A DNA stretch of 64,000 nucleotides from contig CAWBNS010000010.1 in the NCBI GenBank assembly GCA_963790215.1, forward strand, positions 2,572-66,571, given 5' to 3'. The position numbers and the translations under genes are program-made. Shown here one piece after another: positions 28,604 through 39,102 of this stretch. Source of the DNA: an uncultured Chlamydiae bacterium (lineage in GTDB: Bacteria; Chlamydiota; Chlamydiia; Chlamydiales; JAJFMA01). A model generated the notes under the pieces. It worked only from the letters and a program-made list of their open reading frames with translations, had not been told where the DNA came from and did not search any database. Each line of letters starts with the position of its first letter. Positions within the stretch are counted from its first letter, which is position 1.

Positions 28604-31054
28604 TTATTCATTGATTACGATGATGGCCACATTAGCTTTTATCGTTCTCAGATAGTCTAGGTCATGAATTCGTTCATTGCGTATCGACACGGCGATGTTG
28701 TCAAAATAATCCATCAGCATTTTGCCTTCTATGCTATCGGCACGAGCAGAACTCGTCGCAATCACCACCTCATATTGCGCGTACTCCGCCTTTAACCACT
28801 CTTTAAGATTAGGTCGAGCTAGCTCGTTTTCTCCGATACGCAAAGCTTTTGTTCCGGCTTTTTGGAGGCTATCCACCCATTTGATGGTATAGTCTGGACC
28901 GGATCCGGTTAAAGCAAGTATGACGGAAGTTTTTTGCCTGCAGAGAGCATATTGAAGCCGTAGAAATAGATTCTTAAGTGTAGCCTTTGAAGGCCTTTTG
29001 GCAATTTCTGCAGTGACCTGTAAACCGACTTCTGACAGATTCGTCCGGGACGCAGGTACTCCTTGCATCAGCTCTTTGAATAGAATCACAAGCGTGCTCA
29101 AAAAGGCCCCTGTGAAGAGTCCTAGCAGACTAATGATCGTCACATGCGGAGGCCGTGGCGCAAGGGGCGTCATGGCATAGTCTAGCGGCCCAGATTGAAT
29201 CACTTCCAAATTATGCGCGATGTTTTTGGTTTCCACTAATTTACTGACTTCTTCCGCCAACTTGCTGTTGGTGGTAGAAATCTGCTCTAGCAGCACTTCT
29301 GAGGCCCATACTTTAGGAATCTGCACCATCTGCTGTCGGATATCCGCCACTGTATCGAGGGCAGCAGCACGTTCTTGACGTAGCTGTAGACCACGTCCTG
29401 CCACAAAATCTGCCAGCTGCCTGTCCGCCGCAGCCAGTTCTTGCTCGATTAATCGAAGCATGACCTCTTGCGTATATCGAATTTTCTCCCGCAGAAAATC
29501 CTTCTGCAACTCTTGCAGATGATTCGTTTGCGTAAGATGCGCAATCAGGAATTCTCTTTCTTGCGCCAACTCTCTGCGCGTACGTTCTTGCTCGCGTTGG
29601 CTGCGGTAGTCAGTTTCTTTTAACTCCAAAGCCGCATGCGCACTTCGCTTAATAATATCTGCTGTGACGCCATCTTGGACTGCTCCACTGATTGAGCTGA
29701 TCTCAAAATAAGGATCTTTAAGCTGCTCTAAAATGAAATTGTTTTGCCGCTGATTGATTTCGATCGTATTGAGTTTATCCGCATGCGTGAGATAAAGACG
29801 ATTGGCCATCTCTAAATCGATGCCTTCTAAATCACTGGGAACAGGTTCTTCATTGAATCCAGATCGATTAAGCGCAAGACGCAACGTTTCGCGGCGGAGG
29901 TTCAGCGCTTGGATCTGCTTAATGCCGTTTGCAATGGTCTGAGGAAGATTTGTGGCAGTACCTAGTGTTTTAATATACTGCGGATCGCGCGGATTGATAT
30001 TGTCGAGCACACGAAGTTCAGAATCGATCTGAAGGAGTTCCTGTTTTGCTTTGGCTCTTGCAATGCTGAGGTGGTTGATTTCTGTTTTGGCACTGAGAAT
30101 ACCTGTCCTGTCGACCTCTTGTGATAGCGTGACAGCGTGTTCCGCTAACATTTTGTGCAGATCCTCTGTCGCGCTTTGCTTGCGCTCTGCCAGATACGCA
30201 AGCTGTCCATCGGCCAGCTCTTTATTTTGCTCGCGCAGATATTCGCGATATCCCTCCATCAAATCATTGAGAAGCCTGCTCACAAGTTGTCGATTTGGAT
30301 ATTGCAGTGTAAGCAAAATGAGGTCTGCGCTCTCGCGATGCGGCATCGCGTCTAATCGCTTAAATAGTTCTTCACCTACCTCAGAGACGGGTGTGAGCGC
30401 CAAGGTGAACGCCTTCCCCGTCAATTTCGTTTGATCAGGACAGTGCAGTGTAAGGGCGAAATTTTCGGTATTTACCGGTACATCTAATTGCCCTTCCACA
30501 ATCATCCCAGAGGCATTCGCGATCACAAACCGTTCTTCATCGTGAAACCGCACGGTATACTTGGTCGGCAGTTCATGCGAATACTCCACAACGGTGCACG
30601 CAATCGGAGGAGAGGGCAACGACCTAATCGTCGGAACGTCCTTCTTCCAGTAAGCCTCTTCAGTAGCCAAATTATCCCGAATACGCATTGCTAGCGTTGG
30701 TTCTTGACCCACTTCAATCAACGAAGCATTCAGAGAGTATTTTTTAGCTAACGCTTGCAGCAGACGTTTGGATTTGAATATCTCAACCGTAACTTGATTT
30801 CCACCCTCGGCAGTTAAGCCGGCTAGGGCTCCCAAAATACCTTGTGTGCTCTGTAAATTCCCAGCTTGAGCGCCGCGGTCCAGAAAAGAAGCCTCCGCCT
30901 CATAACGCACAGGTCGAAGTAATGCACCTGCACATGCCAGCGCTCCAAACAGCAGCATACAGAGAATAATTGTCCCTTTTCTGCGACGGACAATCCTCCA
31001 GAGATCCCCAAAAGAGATCGGCGTGTGGTGGTTCGGTGAAGGTAATTCAGTCAT
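28604..31054 (-). CDS. polysaccharide co-polymerase (Wzz/Wzc/GumC-like) with degenerate C-terminal P-loop domain
   Basis: 816 aa. It has an N-terminal Wzz-type TM segment (WRIVRRRKGTIILCMLLFGALACAG), a long periplasmic coiled coil, and a second TM. In the C-terminal domain, Walker A, A' and B are replaced by LTGSGPDYT, LRIGEN and VVIATSS. There is no C-terminal Tyr cluster. Confidence 0.7.
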   Translation of the reverse strand: MTELPSPNHHTPISFGDLWRIVRRRKGTIILCMLLFGALACAGALLRPVRYEAEASFLDRGAQAGNLQSTQGILGALAGLTAEGGNQVTVEIFKSKRLLQALAKKYSLNASLIEVGQEPTLAMRIRDNLATEEAYWKKDVPTIRSLPSPPIACTVVEYSHELPTKYTVRFHDEERFVIANASGMIVEGQLDVPVNTENFALTLHCPDQTKLTGKAFTLALTPVSEVGEELFKRLDAMPHRESADLILLTLQYPNRQLVSRLLNDLMEGYREYLREQNKELADGQLAYLAERKQSATEDLHKMLAEHAVTLSQEVDRTGILSAKTEINHLSIARAKAKQELLQIDSELRVLDNINPRDPQYIKTLGTATNLPQTIANGIKQIQALNLRRETLRLALNRSGFNEEPVPSDLEGIDLEMANRLYLTHADKLNTIEINQRQNNFILEQLKDPYFEISSISGAVQDGVTADIIKRSAHAALELKETDYRSQREQERTRRELAQEREFLIAHLTQTNHLQELQKDFLREKIRYTQEVMLRLIEQELAAADRQLADFVAGRGLQLRQERAAALDTVADIRQQMVQIPKVWASEVLLEQISTTNSKLAEEVSKLVETKNIAHNLEVIQSGPLDYAMTPLAPRPPHVTIISLLGLFTGAFLSTLVILFKELMQGVPASRTNLSEVGLQVTAEIAKRPSKATLKNLFLRLQYALCRQKTSVILALTGSGPDYTIKWVDSLQKAGTKALRIGENELARPNLKEWLKAEYAQYEVVIATSSARADSIEGKMLMDYFDNIAVSIRNERIHDLDYLRTIKANVAIIVINE

Positions 31055-31068
31055 TTTGCAAACACACT

Positions 31069-32136
31069 CTAATCGATAAGTACCTTATAACAACCAAACC
31101 CTGTTTGGAAACAACTAAACGATGGCATAACTTGGCTGATGAAACGGTTCCATTGCGTAATCGGTTTTTCCGTCACATACACAGTATCGCCCGGCATCAA
31201 CAATAAGCTCTCGTTTGGAAGCTGCGTGATGTGGCACCAGTTCAACAAATAGATTTTGGGACAAATAATACCGCCACGAATGACTTGAATGCAGTTGCGG
31301 TTGCCCGTGAACGGAATGCCGTGCGCCGCCACCAGCGCTTCCTTGAGAGAGATTGATCCGTAAGGCAGAAACACCGCATGTGGCGTATTCACTTCGCCCA
31401 TCACCACAATCTGCGCGTCAAACGGATGCGCGATATAGATCTTATCTCCAGGACGCATCACAATATTCTGCGACATGTCGCCCAAGTTAATAAGCCTATG
31501 CAGATCGATCGGTAACAACTCCCCGCACCTCGCCACATAGCTCATATACAGATTCGCATCGTTAGGCAACTGCGCCTGCGCTATTACCTCATACAAGCGA
31601 ATCTTGCCATTCACCGGAATATTAGGCCTCTTCACCATGCCGACAAGGTCAACCTTGTGCGTCAAGCGATCTCGATACCCAATAAATACATCGATATCCC
31701 GCACGTGCTCGCGATACTTATTCTGAATGCACAGCCGCGCCTCTTCCAACGTCATCCCTACCACCTCCAAAGGTGGTAAATCCGGAATCGTCACATACCT
31801 GTCCCGTACAGGAAAACCGATGTTCCGGTTCATGGTATGAATCATCTCAGAAAGATCCTGGCGGCCAGGATGATACACCTCTATGCTGAGAACATCATCT
31901 TCCGCGATTAGATCCTGATATTCATCCAAAGCGTTACACGGCATATCCGCCACTTCAATGCCCGCAAGTTCGAGGATAGCCAGCTTGCCCTGACGAATTT
32001 TATACGAATCACAAACGAACTCATCCACACGATGCACATCATAACAACAAGGTGAGGGCCAGGGATTCTCACAGCCAGTCAAAAGAAGCAGTAAACTAAG
32101 TGAAATTAAGATTTTCATCGAACTGGTCGCGGTCAT
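31069..32136 (-). CDS. wza: outer-membrane polysaccharide export lipoprotein (Wza family: Poly_export plus SLBB)
   Basis: The ORF reaches 32226 via a TTG codon. The plausible start is MTATSSMKILISLSLLLLLTGC (lipobox) at 32136 or 32118. The gene is adjacent to the Wzc-like gene. Confidence 0.75.
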   Translation of the reverse strand: MTATSSMKILISLSLLLLLTGCENPWPSPCCYDVHRVDEFVCDSYKIRQGKLAILELAGIEVADMPCNALDEYQDLIAEDDVLSIEVYHPGRQDLSEMIHTMNRNIGFPVRDRYVTIPDLPPLEVVGMTLEEARLCIQNKYREHVRDIDVFIGYRDRLTHKVDLVGMVKRPNIPVNGKIRLYEVIAQAQLPNDANLYMSYVARCGELLPIDLHRLINLGDMSQNIVMRPGDKIYIAHPFDAQIVVMGEVNTPHAVFLPYGSISLKEALVAAHGIPFTGNRNCIQVIRGGIICPKIYLLNWCHITQLPNESLLLMPGDTVYVTEKPITQWNRFISQVMPSFSCFQTGFGCYKVLID

Positions 32137-33244
32137 GGTATCGGTATTCGCATTAGTAAATAAAAGAGACCACGAGCTTAAACCTAGCCTATTTGTCCGG
32201 CAATGGGAAAAATCGGGATAGAACAAGATAAGACTTATTGGTCCGCAAGTTTAGTTATGTAGTAACAGGTGACTGACCATTAAATCGATTTCTTGAATTT
32301 AGAATTCGGCTAGTAGAAACTGGTTGAAACACATTTTCAGGGAGTTTTTCATGAGCCAACCAAAGGGAAAGATACCTTCCCATATTAAGGTAAAATCATT
32401 TAATCATCCAGGAACAGCTAGTCGTATAGTATTGACTCTCTGTGAAATAGAAGATCCTCGTCAGCCGTCCTGTAATTTCCATTACTCGTTAGTGACAATT
32501 ATATTTATCTCACTCGTGGGTGTTCTGTGTGGAGCAAAAGATTGGGAAGAGATCGTGCAAGCCGCTAACGGAATAGAGGATTGGCTAGGCAAACATGTCG
32601 ATGTTTCGTCAGGAATCCCTTCAAGTAAGACGTTAAAACGGGTTATGGGTCTCATACCTACAGACTCTTTGGAGGGCTTGCTCAATTGTATAAAATCGGA
32701 CCTTACGGAGGGAGATATCATAGCAATAGATGGGAAAACTCTTCGTGGTAGTCGCGGTTGGAACGAGGAAAGTCGACCACTTCATTTACTACATGCCTGG
32801 AGTACAGAGCTTGGAGTTTGCTTGGGGCAGGTGTCTGTGGATGAGAAATCTAATGAGATCACGGCATTTCCGAAGTTGATTGAGCGATTAGAACTTAAAG
32901 GGACAATAGTTACTACAGATGCCTTGAATACTCAAAAGAAAGCCGCAACCGCAATTATCAACCAAAAAGCAGATTATGTATTGCCGGTGAAGGAGAATCA
33001 TAAAGACCTGTATGAAGACATAAAATTATTGTTTGAGGATGCTGATAAGAAAGGGTTTAGAGGTGTTGATGCAGCAGAAAGCCACACTCAAGAAAAATCA
33101 GCTGGACGAGTAGAAGAGCGTAGCTATGAGCTTGTGGATATAGAGGATCTGGCTTCAGCAGGGAAATGGTCAGGTTGCTCAAGTGTGGGAAGAGTAACTA
33201 GGAGGAGAACAAAAAAAGGCAAGACATCAACGGAGGTATGTTAC

Positions 33245-34372
33245 GGCCTTGTTGCGTAATAGGTATTTTCCAAAAAAAAATCGCGGACAAGCCCCAGCCA
33301 GCAACTGTACCGCTAAGCTGCATCCTTCAGTTCCCATCTTCCTTTAGGTAACCCAAGACTATTCATTTTATTGATTACTAAACACTTACAACTCGCTTCA
33401 GTACATTGCTGACCAAATCCTCTGCTTTTTAAACGATCTCCTAGCATCCGCTTGATCCGGTAAACAGTTGTCTCCACCAGAGACCGTTTATGGTAACCTG
33501 TGAGCTGCTTCCACAATCGCCGTGCCTGTTCGTCCCCTCCCAATCCTACTATTTCTGCTATTGATGCATCCCGCTCGCGCTCCCAACCCTCCTTCGCTCC
33601 CTTGTAAGCAGCATTTCTGGGCGGGGGTATAATGGCTCTTCCTCCAATTTGAGAAATCTTCTCTCTTAGGTGCCCTGCATCATAAGCTCCATCACCGCGT
33701 ACTGATCTAATCGACTTTGGCAGCTTATCCATTAACTTCGTGGCAACCTCGGCATCACCTTCACTATTTTCCGTTAGTTCATGGACAACAATGTTTTGGG
33801 TGTCAGCATCTATTCCTATGTGGAATTTTCTCCAGGTTCGACGTTTGCTTTTTCCGTGTACTTTCACTTTCCATTCCCCTTCTCCGTAGACCTTCAAGCC
33901 TGTAGAATCAAATACAATGTGTTTGACCCCTCTTGCAGACACACGTGGAAGCTTCTTATGCAATGACTCAGCACGGCGGCAAATCTGTGTATAACTTGGG
34001 ACTGGAAGGGTTAGCTTCATCAATAAGAGGAGTGAGGTGGCAAAACCTTGCAAGGACCTGAGGGTTAATCCAAATCGTTCACGAAGAATCAAGAGCATCA
34101 ACATGGCATCGTTGGAGTAAGTCTCTGGCCTACCAGCTTGCCCTGTATAAGTATTGGAGAACCAATTTTCGAGAGCCTTGTCCTCGAACCAAATAGTTAT
34201 GCTTCCCCTTTGAATCAGTGCTTTGTTATACTCGGGCCAGTTTTCGATGCGATACCGTTTTTGCATGAGGTCAGATCCTGTTGTGTTAGTCGCAAAACAG
34301 ACTACCTCATGCAATTTTTTATTTACACGGTATCCTTAAAAATGATCGTGAGGGGGATTACGCAACAAGGCC
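33245..34372. mobile_element. IS5-family (IS903-group-like) insertion sequence, 1128 bp
   Basis: The 16 bp perfect terminal IRs are GGCCTTGTTGCGTAAT and ATTACGCAACAAGGCC. The 9 bp target duplication GTATGTTAC lies at 33236-33244 and 34373-34381. Confidence 0.9.
33313..34266 (-). CDS. IS5-family DDE transposase
   Basis: The internal ATG of ORF 33313..34314 gives MQKRYRIENWPEYNKALIQRGSITIWF..., an IS903-like N-terminus. The gene is intact. Confidence 0.85.
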   Translation of the reverse strand: MQKRYRIENWPEYNKALIQRGSITIWFEDKALENWFSNTYTGQAGRPETYSNDAMLMLLILRERFGLTLRSLQGFATSLLLLMKLTLPVPSYTQICRRAESLHKKLPRVSARGVKHIVFDSTGLKVYGEGEWKVKVHGKSKRRTWRKFHIGIDADTQNIVVHELTENSEGDAEVATKLMDKLPKSIRSVRGDGAYDAGHLREKISQIGGRAIIPPPRNAAYKGAKEGWERERDASIAEIVGLGGDEQARRLWKQLTGYHKRSLVETTVYRIKRMLGDRLKSRGFGQQCTEASCKCLVINKMNSLGLPKGRWELKDAA

Positions 34373-34762
34373 GTATGTTACTACATAACCAGTTTAGAAT
34401 TAGATGTGGAGAAGTTTTCCAGAAGCGTACGAAAGCATTGGGGAGTTGAAAACGGTTTGCACCTATGTCTGGATGTTGTCTTTGAAGAGGATAAGCATCG
34501 TTATCAAGACAAGATAGGAGCAGCAAACCTGTCGTTGTTGAGGAAAGTGGCGTTGGGAATATTAGGAAAGGACGCAACACTTAAGTGCGGAAAACCTGGT
34601 AAGCAGATGAGAGCAGCCACCTCGTCGACATACAGAGACCATCTAATCAAAAATTGCTTTTAATGGTCAGTCACCTGTATGTAGTAACTAAATACTTGAC
34701 TTTAAATACCACAATTTGGTAGTATGGTGCAATCATTAATCATTAAAATCAAAGAGGTTATT

Positions 34763-35221
34763 ATGACCGCTGTTACATCAACACATGTAATAAATTCGTT
34801 TATGAACAATATATACGGCTTGGTCGCTTTAGGAGCAGGCTTTGCCGCATCGGCCACAACTAATATTGCTGGTCAAGCCCTTCGCGGTGGACAAACAAGG
34901 CACATTTGGAACCAGAGAGGTTTAGAAGACTATTTTTCTGATCGCACCACCAACTGGATCAGAGTCGGGGCTGCCGTAGCAGGCATAGCGGCAACAGTAG
35001 CCTGTGCTAAAAAATTACCCATCAAATCCGTCCCCGGAATAGTGGTGCTCAAAATCATTGGCCTTGCAATCCTAGTCGATATCTTCTTAGCTTGTATGTA
35101 TCGAGGAAAAGTCGCAGGTCCTGGTTCGATTTTCGCCAGTGGAGCCGCTACCGGATTTTTTGGTCCATATTTCTTAGGGATTCCCGGAGTTGGAGTCGGT
35201 GTGATTGGCGCGATGGTGTAA
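34763..35221 (+). CDS. small Gly/Ala-rich multi-pass membrane protein
   Basis: Uses the ATG at 34763 inside ORF 34724..35221. There are four hydrophobic segments. Confidence 0.5.
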   Translation: MTAVTSTHVINSFMNNIYGLVALGAGFAASATTNIAGQALRGGQTRHIWNQRGLEDYFSDRTTNWIRVGAAVAGIAATVACAKKLPIKSVPGIVVLKIIGLAILVDIFLACMYRGKVAGPGSIFASGAATGFFGPYFLGIPGVGVGVIGAMV

Positions 35222-35222
35222 T

Positions 35223-35333
35223 TTTTGGAGTGCGGCGACTTGCCGCCGCTTTTGTACAGCTCGACTTGTCGAGCTGTTGGGCATCGACAAGTCGATGCCT
35301 TTGAAAGCGGCGGCAAGTCGCCGCACTCCAAAA
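35223..35333. repeat. three-stem palindromic element, copy 2
   Basis: The inner hairpins are identical to those in 27870-28006. The 30 bp outer stem carries substitutions that are compensated in both arms. Confidence 0.85.
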
Positions 35334-35457
35334 TTGACTCAGCTTCCCCTCATTAATAGTCAACGTGTTATAATAAAATCAGGTGAATTAGTGTATTCTT
35401 TAAACCGTTCATCTGCTATTCTTTTCCCTTAAAACCTATTCACCTAAATCGGATGGT

Positions 35458-36912
35458 ATGGACTCGGAAATTATTAACACAGAATCTATTATGCAGGAGC
35501 GAGCCGAGTACAAATACGGCTTCGTGACTGATGTAGAGACCGAACGTTTTTCGAAAGGGTTGAGTGAAGAGGTTGTACGGGCCATTTCCCAGAAGAAAGA
35601 AGAGCCTGAATGGCTGCTGGAATTCCGTCTGAAAGCTTACCGTAAATGGTTGGAAATGGAAGAGCCCGATTGGGCAAATATCGGCTATCCCGCCATCGAT
35701 TACCAGGACATCTGCTACTACTCCGCTCCTAAAAATAAAGCTAAGCTCAACAGCCTCGACGAAGTCGATCCGGAAGTTTTGAAAACGTTTGAACGTCTGG
35801 GCATTCCTGTCGACGAACAAAAACGACTCACGAATGTAGCTGTCGATATCGTCTTTGACTCTGTTTCGATCGGAACTACCTTCCAGAAAAAACTCGAAGA
35901 AGCAGGAGTAGTTCTCTGCTCCATCACGGAAGCTGTACATCGCTACCCAGAACTCGTCAAAGAATATCTCGCTTCGGTCGTTCCTATCGGCGACAACTTT
36001 TTTGCGTGCTTGAATTCCGCTGTATTTACCGATGGTTCCTTCGTTTACGTGCCCAAAGGGGTGACCTGTCCGATGGAACTGTCCACCTATTTCCGCATTA
36101 ACGACAAGCAAAGCGGCCAATTCGAACGTACGCTCATCATCGCGGAAGAGGGATCATTTGTCAGCTACCTAGAAGGCTGTACGGCACCTGCTTTTGACAA
36201 TAACCAGCTCCACGCCGCGGTCGTCGAACTGATCGCCATGGATCGCGCACAAATCAAGTATGCCACAGTACAAAACTGGTATGCCGGCGATCCTAAAACA
36301 GGCTTAGGCGGTGTCTACAACTTCGTCACAAAACGCGGTCGCTGCGCGGGTCATCATTCCAAAATTTCCTGGACACAGGTAGAGGTAGGCGCCGCCATTA
36401 CGTGGAAGTATCCTAGCTGTATTCTGCAGGGCGACTATTCCATCGGCGAATTCTATTCCGTCGCGTTAACAAACGGCAAAATGCAAGCTGATACGGGCAC
36501 AAAAATGATCCACCTGGGCAAACATACCAAGTCGACCATTGTGTCTAAGGGTATATCGGCCGACCGTTCCAGCAATAGCTACCGTGGCTTGGTCAAAGTA
36601 GCGCCCAAAGCCGAAGGCGCACGCAACTACACCCAATGCGACTCCATGCTCGTCGGCGACCAGTGCTCTGCCAACACCTTTCCGTACATCGAAGTGGGCA
36701 ACTCGACTAGCCAGGTCGAACACGAAGCCTCCACCTCAAAAATGAACGAAGAGCAGCTCTTCTATTTACGCTCGCGCGGACTCTCTCTAGAGGACGCTGT
36801 GAGTCTCATCGTCAACGGATTTTGCAAAGATGTCATCCGCGAACTGCCTTTAGAGTTCGCTGTCGAAGCGCAAAAACTGCTGACGCTCAAGCTTGAAAAT
36901 TCTGTAGGATAA
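35458..36912 (+). CDS. sufB: Fe-S cluster assembly protein SufB
   Basis: 484 aa with the typical SufB C-terminal region ([24 protein letters not shown]...EHEASTSK). Confidence 0.95.
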   Translation: MDSEIINTESIMQERAEYKYGFVTDVETERFSKGLSEEVVRAISQKKEEPEWLLEFRLKAYRKWLEMEEPDWANIGYPAIDYQDICYYSAPKNKAKLNSLDEVDPEVLKTFERLGIPVDEQKRLTNVAVDIVFDSVSIGTTFQKKLEEAGVVLCSITEAVHRYPELVKEYLASVVPIGDNFFACLNSAVFTDGSFVYVPKGVTCPMELSTYFRINDKQSGQFERTLIIAEEGSFVSYLEGCTAPAFDNNQLHAAVVELIAMDRAQIKYATVQNWYAGDPKTGLGGVYNFVTKRGRCAGHHSKISWTQVEVGAAITWKYPSCILQGDYSIGEFYSVALTNGKMQADTGTKMIHLGKHTKSTIVSKGISADRSSNSYRGLVKVAPKAEGARNYTQCDSMLVGDQCSANTFPYIEVGNSTSQVEHEASTSKMNEEQLFYLRSRGLSLEDAVSLIVNGFCKDVIRELPLEFAVEAQKLLTLKLENSVG

Positions 36913-36913
36913 C

Positions 36914-37663
36914 ATGTTAGAAATCATCAATCTTCACGCCACCGTCGACGGTAACCCATTGTTGAAAGGGGTAAACTTAACCGTAAAGAAGGGCGAAATC
37001 CACGCTGTAATGGGTCCTAACGGGGCCGGCAAATCCACGCTGGCGAAAGTAATCGCTGGACATCCCGCTTACGAAGTCACCTCAGGCGATATTCGGATTA
37101 ACGGACAAAGCATCCTCGAAATGGATCCTGATGAACGCGCCTTTGCTGGCCTTTTCATGGGCTTTCAGTATCCGGTCGAAATTCCAGGTGTCGGCAACGT
37201 GCAATTCCTCCGCACTGCCCTCAATTCCAAGCGCAAAGCACATGGACTCCCTGAAATGAAGGAAGAGGAATTCGAACAGTTTCTCGACAGCAAAATGAAA
37301 CAGATGGAAATCCGCTCAGAATTCAAAGCGCGCAATGTCAACGAAGGATTTTCCGGCGGCGAAAAGAAGCGAAACGAAATTCTGCAGATGGCTGTATTAG
37401 AACCTGAATTTGCCGTATTGGATGAGACAGACTCAGGATTGGACATTGACGCAATTCGCGTGGTTGCCGAAGGGGTGAACCAGATGATGAGCGACAAACT
37501 CGGCCTGATTCTCATCACACACTATCAGCGTTTACTCAACTACATCAAACCTGATTTCGTGCACGTACTACTAGATGGACGCATTGTGCAGTCAGGTGAT
37601 GCCAGCTTTGCTCTGCAACTGGAAGAAAAAGGCTATGATTGGCTGCAAGGAGCCGGCAAATGA
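36914..37663 (+). CDS. sufC: Fe-S cluster assembly ATPase SufC
   Basis: 249 aa. It has Walker A GPNGAGKST, the signature FSGGEKKR, and Walker B VLDETDSGLD. Confidence 0.95.
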   Translation: MLEIINLHATVDGNPLLKGVNLTVKKGEIHAVMGPNGAGKSTLAKVIAGHPAYEVTSGDIRINGQSILEMDPDERAFAGLFMGFQYPVEIPGVGNVQFLRTALNSKRKAHGLPEMKEEEFEQFLDSKMKQMEIRSEFKARNVNEGFSGGEKKRNEILQMAVLEPEFAVLDETDSGLDIDAIRVVAEGVNQMMSDKLGLILITHYQRLLNYIKPDFVHVLLDGRIVQSGDASFALQLEEKGYDWLQGAGK

Positions 37664-38949
37664 TGACCGAGCCGCGCTCAGAGCAAGATGATTTTCACGC
37701 CTTGATGGAACAGCTTTATAGCGATGTCGCGCTAAAAGATCCTCTCAAGCGTATGCGTGCAAAGGCCTGGGAACGATATCAAGAGCTAGGTCTTCCATCC
37801 CGTCGTCACGAGCAGTTCCGTTACATCAAATTGCGCCATCTGTTCAGTCAGCAGTTTACCCGAGCGCACACCGCAACGATTCCTGCGTTAGATGGCCATC
37901 TGCTTCCTGAATGCTCTCACGTCGTGTTGGTAAACGGAGAATTTCGCCCAGAGCTTTCACAACTTCCCGAGAAGGTTGTGGTTGCAGATCTGGTTGAAGC
38001 GAGCCGCACCTATAGTGGATTTCTCACTAACCAATGGAATCAATCGCTCAAAGATGAACAAGATGCGTTTGCAGCGCTCAATGCAGCCTTGCATGAAGGT
38101 GGTCTTTTCCTCTATGTGCCTCCAAAGACGGTTCTAGAAACGCCTATCCAGATCGTTAATGTCGTCACAGTCCAGAATGGAAAAAACATGATTCTTCCGC
38201 GGCTTAACGCCTACTTTGGCAGCCGTTCAGAAGTATCTCTCGTTTGGTCTAACGTCTGCTTGAATGGTTCAGGATACTTGGTTAATCAGGTATGCGAATT
38301 CACGCTGGAAGAAGAAGCAAACGTCAAATTGGTGCAAACCTCTTGCGAGTTGTCCCCCGATGTTTGGTTCTTGGATGCCTTGCGCGTAACCCTAAAGAAA
38401 AACAGCATTTTCCATGCCGTAAACTACACCGAAGGCTCCTTTACCGTTCGCAACGATTACCGGGTTGCTTTAACAGGTGAGCACGGAGAGGCCTCTCTTA
38501 ACGGCGTGTGGATGTTAGATGAAAAGCTTGAGGCCCACACTCATGTTCTCATCGACCATCAAGCCCCATCGTGTCTATCCAATCAGTTATTTAAAGGTGT
38601 GTTGACGGATCTTTCTCGTTCTAGCTTTGAAGGCAAAATCTTCGTGCAACGTGAAGCGCAAAAAACCATGGCGTATCAGCTCAACCGTAACCTTCTTCTT
38701 AGCGACCGTGCCAATGCCGATAGCAAGCCGAATCTCGAGATCTTCGCTGACGATGTCAAAGCCAGCCACGGCGCTACAATAGGCCAACTCGATGAAGAGC
38801 AGATGTTCTACCTGCGCACACGCGGCTACAACAAAGAAGAAGCACGCAACATCCTCGTCTACGCCTATACAAAAGAAGTGCTGGACCTAATAAAAGTCCC
38901 TACGTTACACCAACAGTTATTGCAACGAGCCGAACGGTTCCTCGCCTAA
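37660..38949 (+). CDS. sufD: Fe-S cluster assembly protein SufD
   Basis: An ATGA overlap joins it to the sufC stop. The SufB/D beta-helix C-terminus is present (SHGATIGQLDEEQMFYLRTRG). Confidence 0.9.
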   Translation: MMTEPRSEQDDFHALMEQLYSDVALKDPLKRMRAKAWERYQELGLPSRRHEQFRYIKLRHLFSQQFTRAHTATIPALDGHLLPECSHVVLVNGEFRPELSQLPEKVVVADLVEASRTYSGFLTNQWNQSLKDEQDAFAALNAALHEGGLFLYVPPKTVLETPIQIVNVVTVQNGKNMILPRLNAYFGSRSEVSLVWSNVCLNGSGYLVNQVCEFTLEEEANVKLVQTSCELSPDVWFLDALRVTLKKNSIFHAVNYTEGSFTVRNDYRVALTGEHGEASLNGVWMLDEKLEAHTHVLIDHQAPSCLSNQLFKGVLTDLSRSSFEGKIFVQREAQKTMAYQLNRNLLLSDRANADSKPNLEIFADDVKASHGATIGQLDEEQMFYLRTRGYNKEEARNILVYAYTKEVLDLIKVPTLHQQLLQRAERFLA

Positions 38950-38966
38950 TATCCGTTCATGGGGCA

Positions 38967-39075
38967 ATTATTTCGTGCCCGTGTGCGTGCCCGTGCCCGA
39001 AAACTTGCACACATAAAAAAACAACGGTTAGGATGATCGGGCACGGGCACGCACACGGGCTCGGGCACGAATTTA
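38967..39075. repeat. GTGCCCG-type inverted repeat inserted between sufD and sufS
   Basis: The arm TTTCGTGCCCGTGTGCGTGCCCGTGCCCGA pairs with TCGGGCACGGGCACGCACACGGGCTCGGGCACGAA. Confidence 0.75.
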
Positions 39076-39102
39076 TTACTCGTAAACTTATAGGAAACCC
39101 CG

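Larger units (their letters stand above)
32351..34663 (+). pseudogene. ISAs1-family DDE transposase, split by an IS insertion
   Basis: The 5' part runs 32351..33244 (MSQPKGKIPSHIKVKSFNHPG...). The 3' part runs 34382..34663 (...EKFSRSVRKHWGVENGLH...). Removing the insertion and one duplication copy restores a single frame. Confidence 0.85.
32266..34677. mobile_element. ISAs1-family (H-repeat type) insertion sequence, disrupted by a second IS
   Basis: The terminal IRs are CAGGTGACTGACCATTAAA (32266) and TTTAATGGTCAGTCACCTG (ending 34677). The 10 bp direct repeat TATGTAGTAA flanks it at 32256-32265 and 34678-34687. Confidence 0.85.

Noticed and set aside
31069-32226. The full 385 aa Wza ORF starting at a TTG codon.
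   Set aside because: The extra 30 residues have no signal-peptide character. A textbook lipoprotein signal (MKILISLSLLLLLTGC) starts at the internal ATGs, so the shorter start is preferred.
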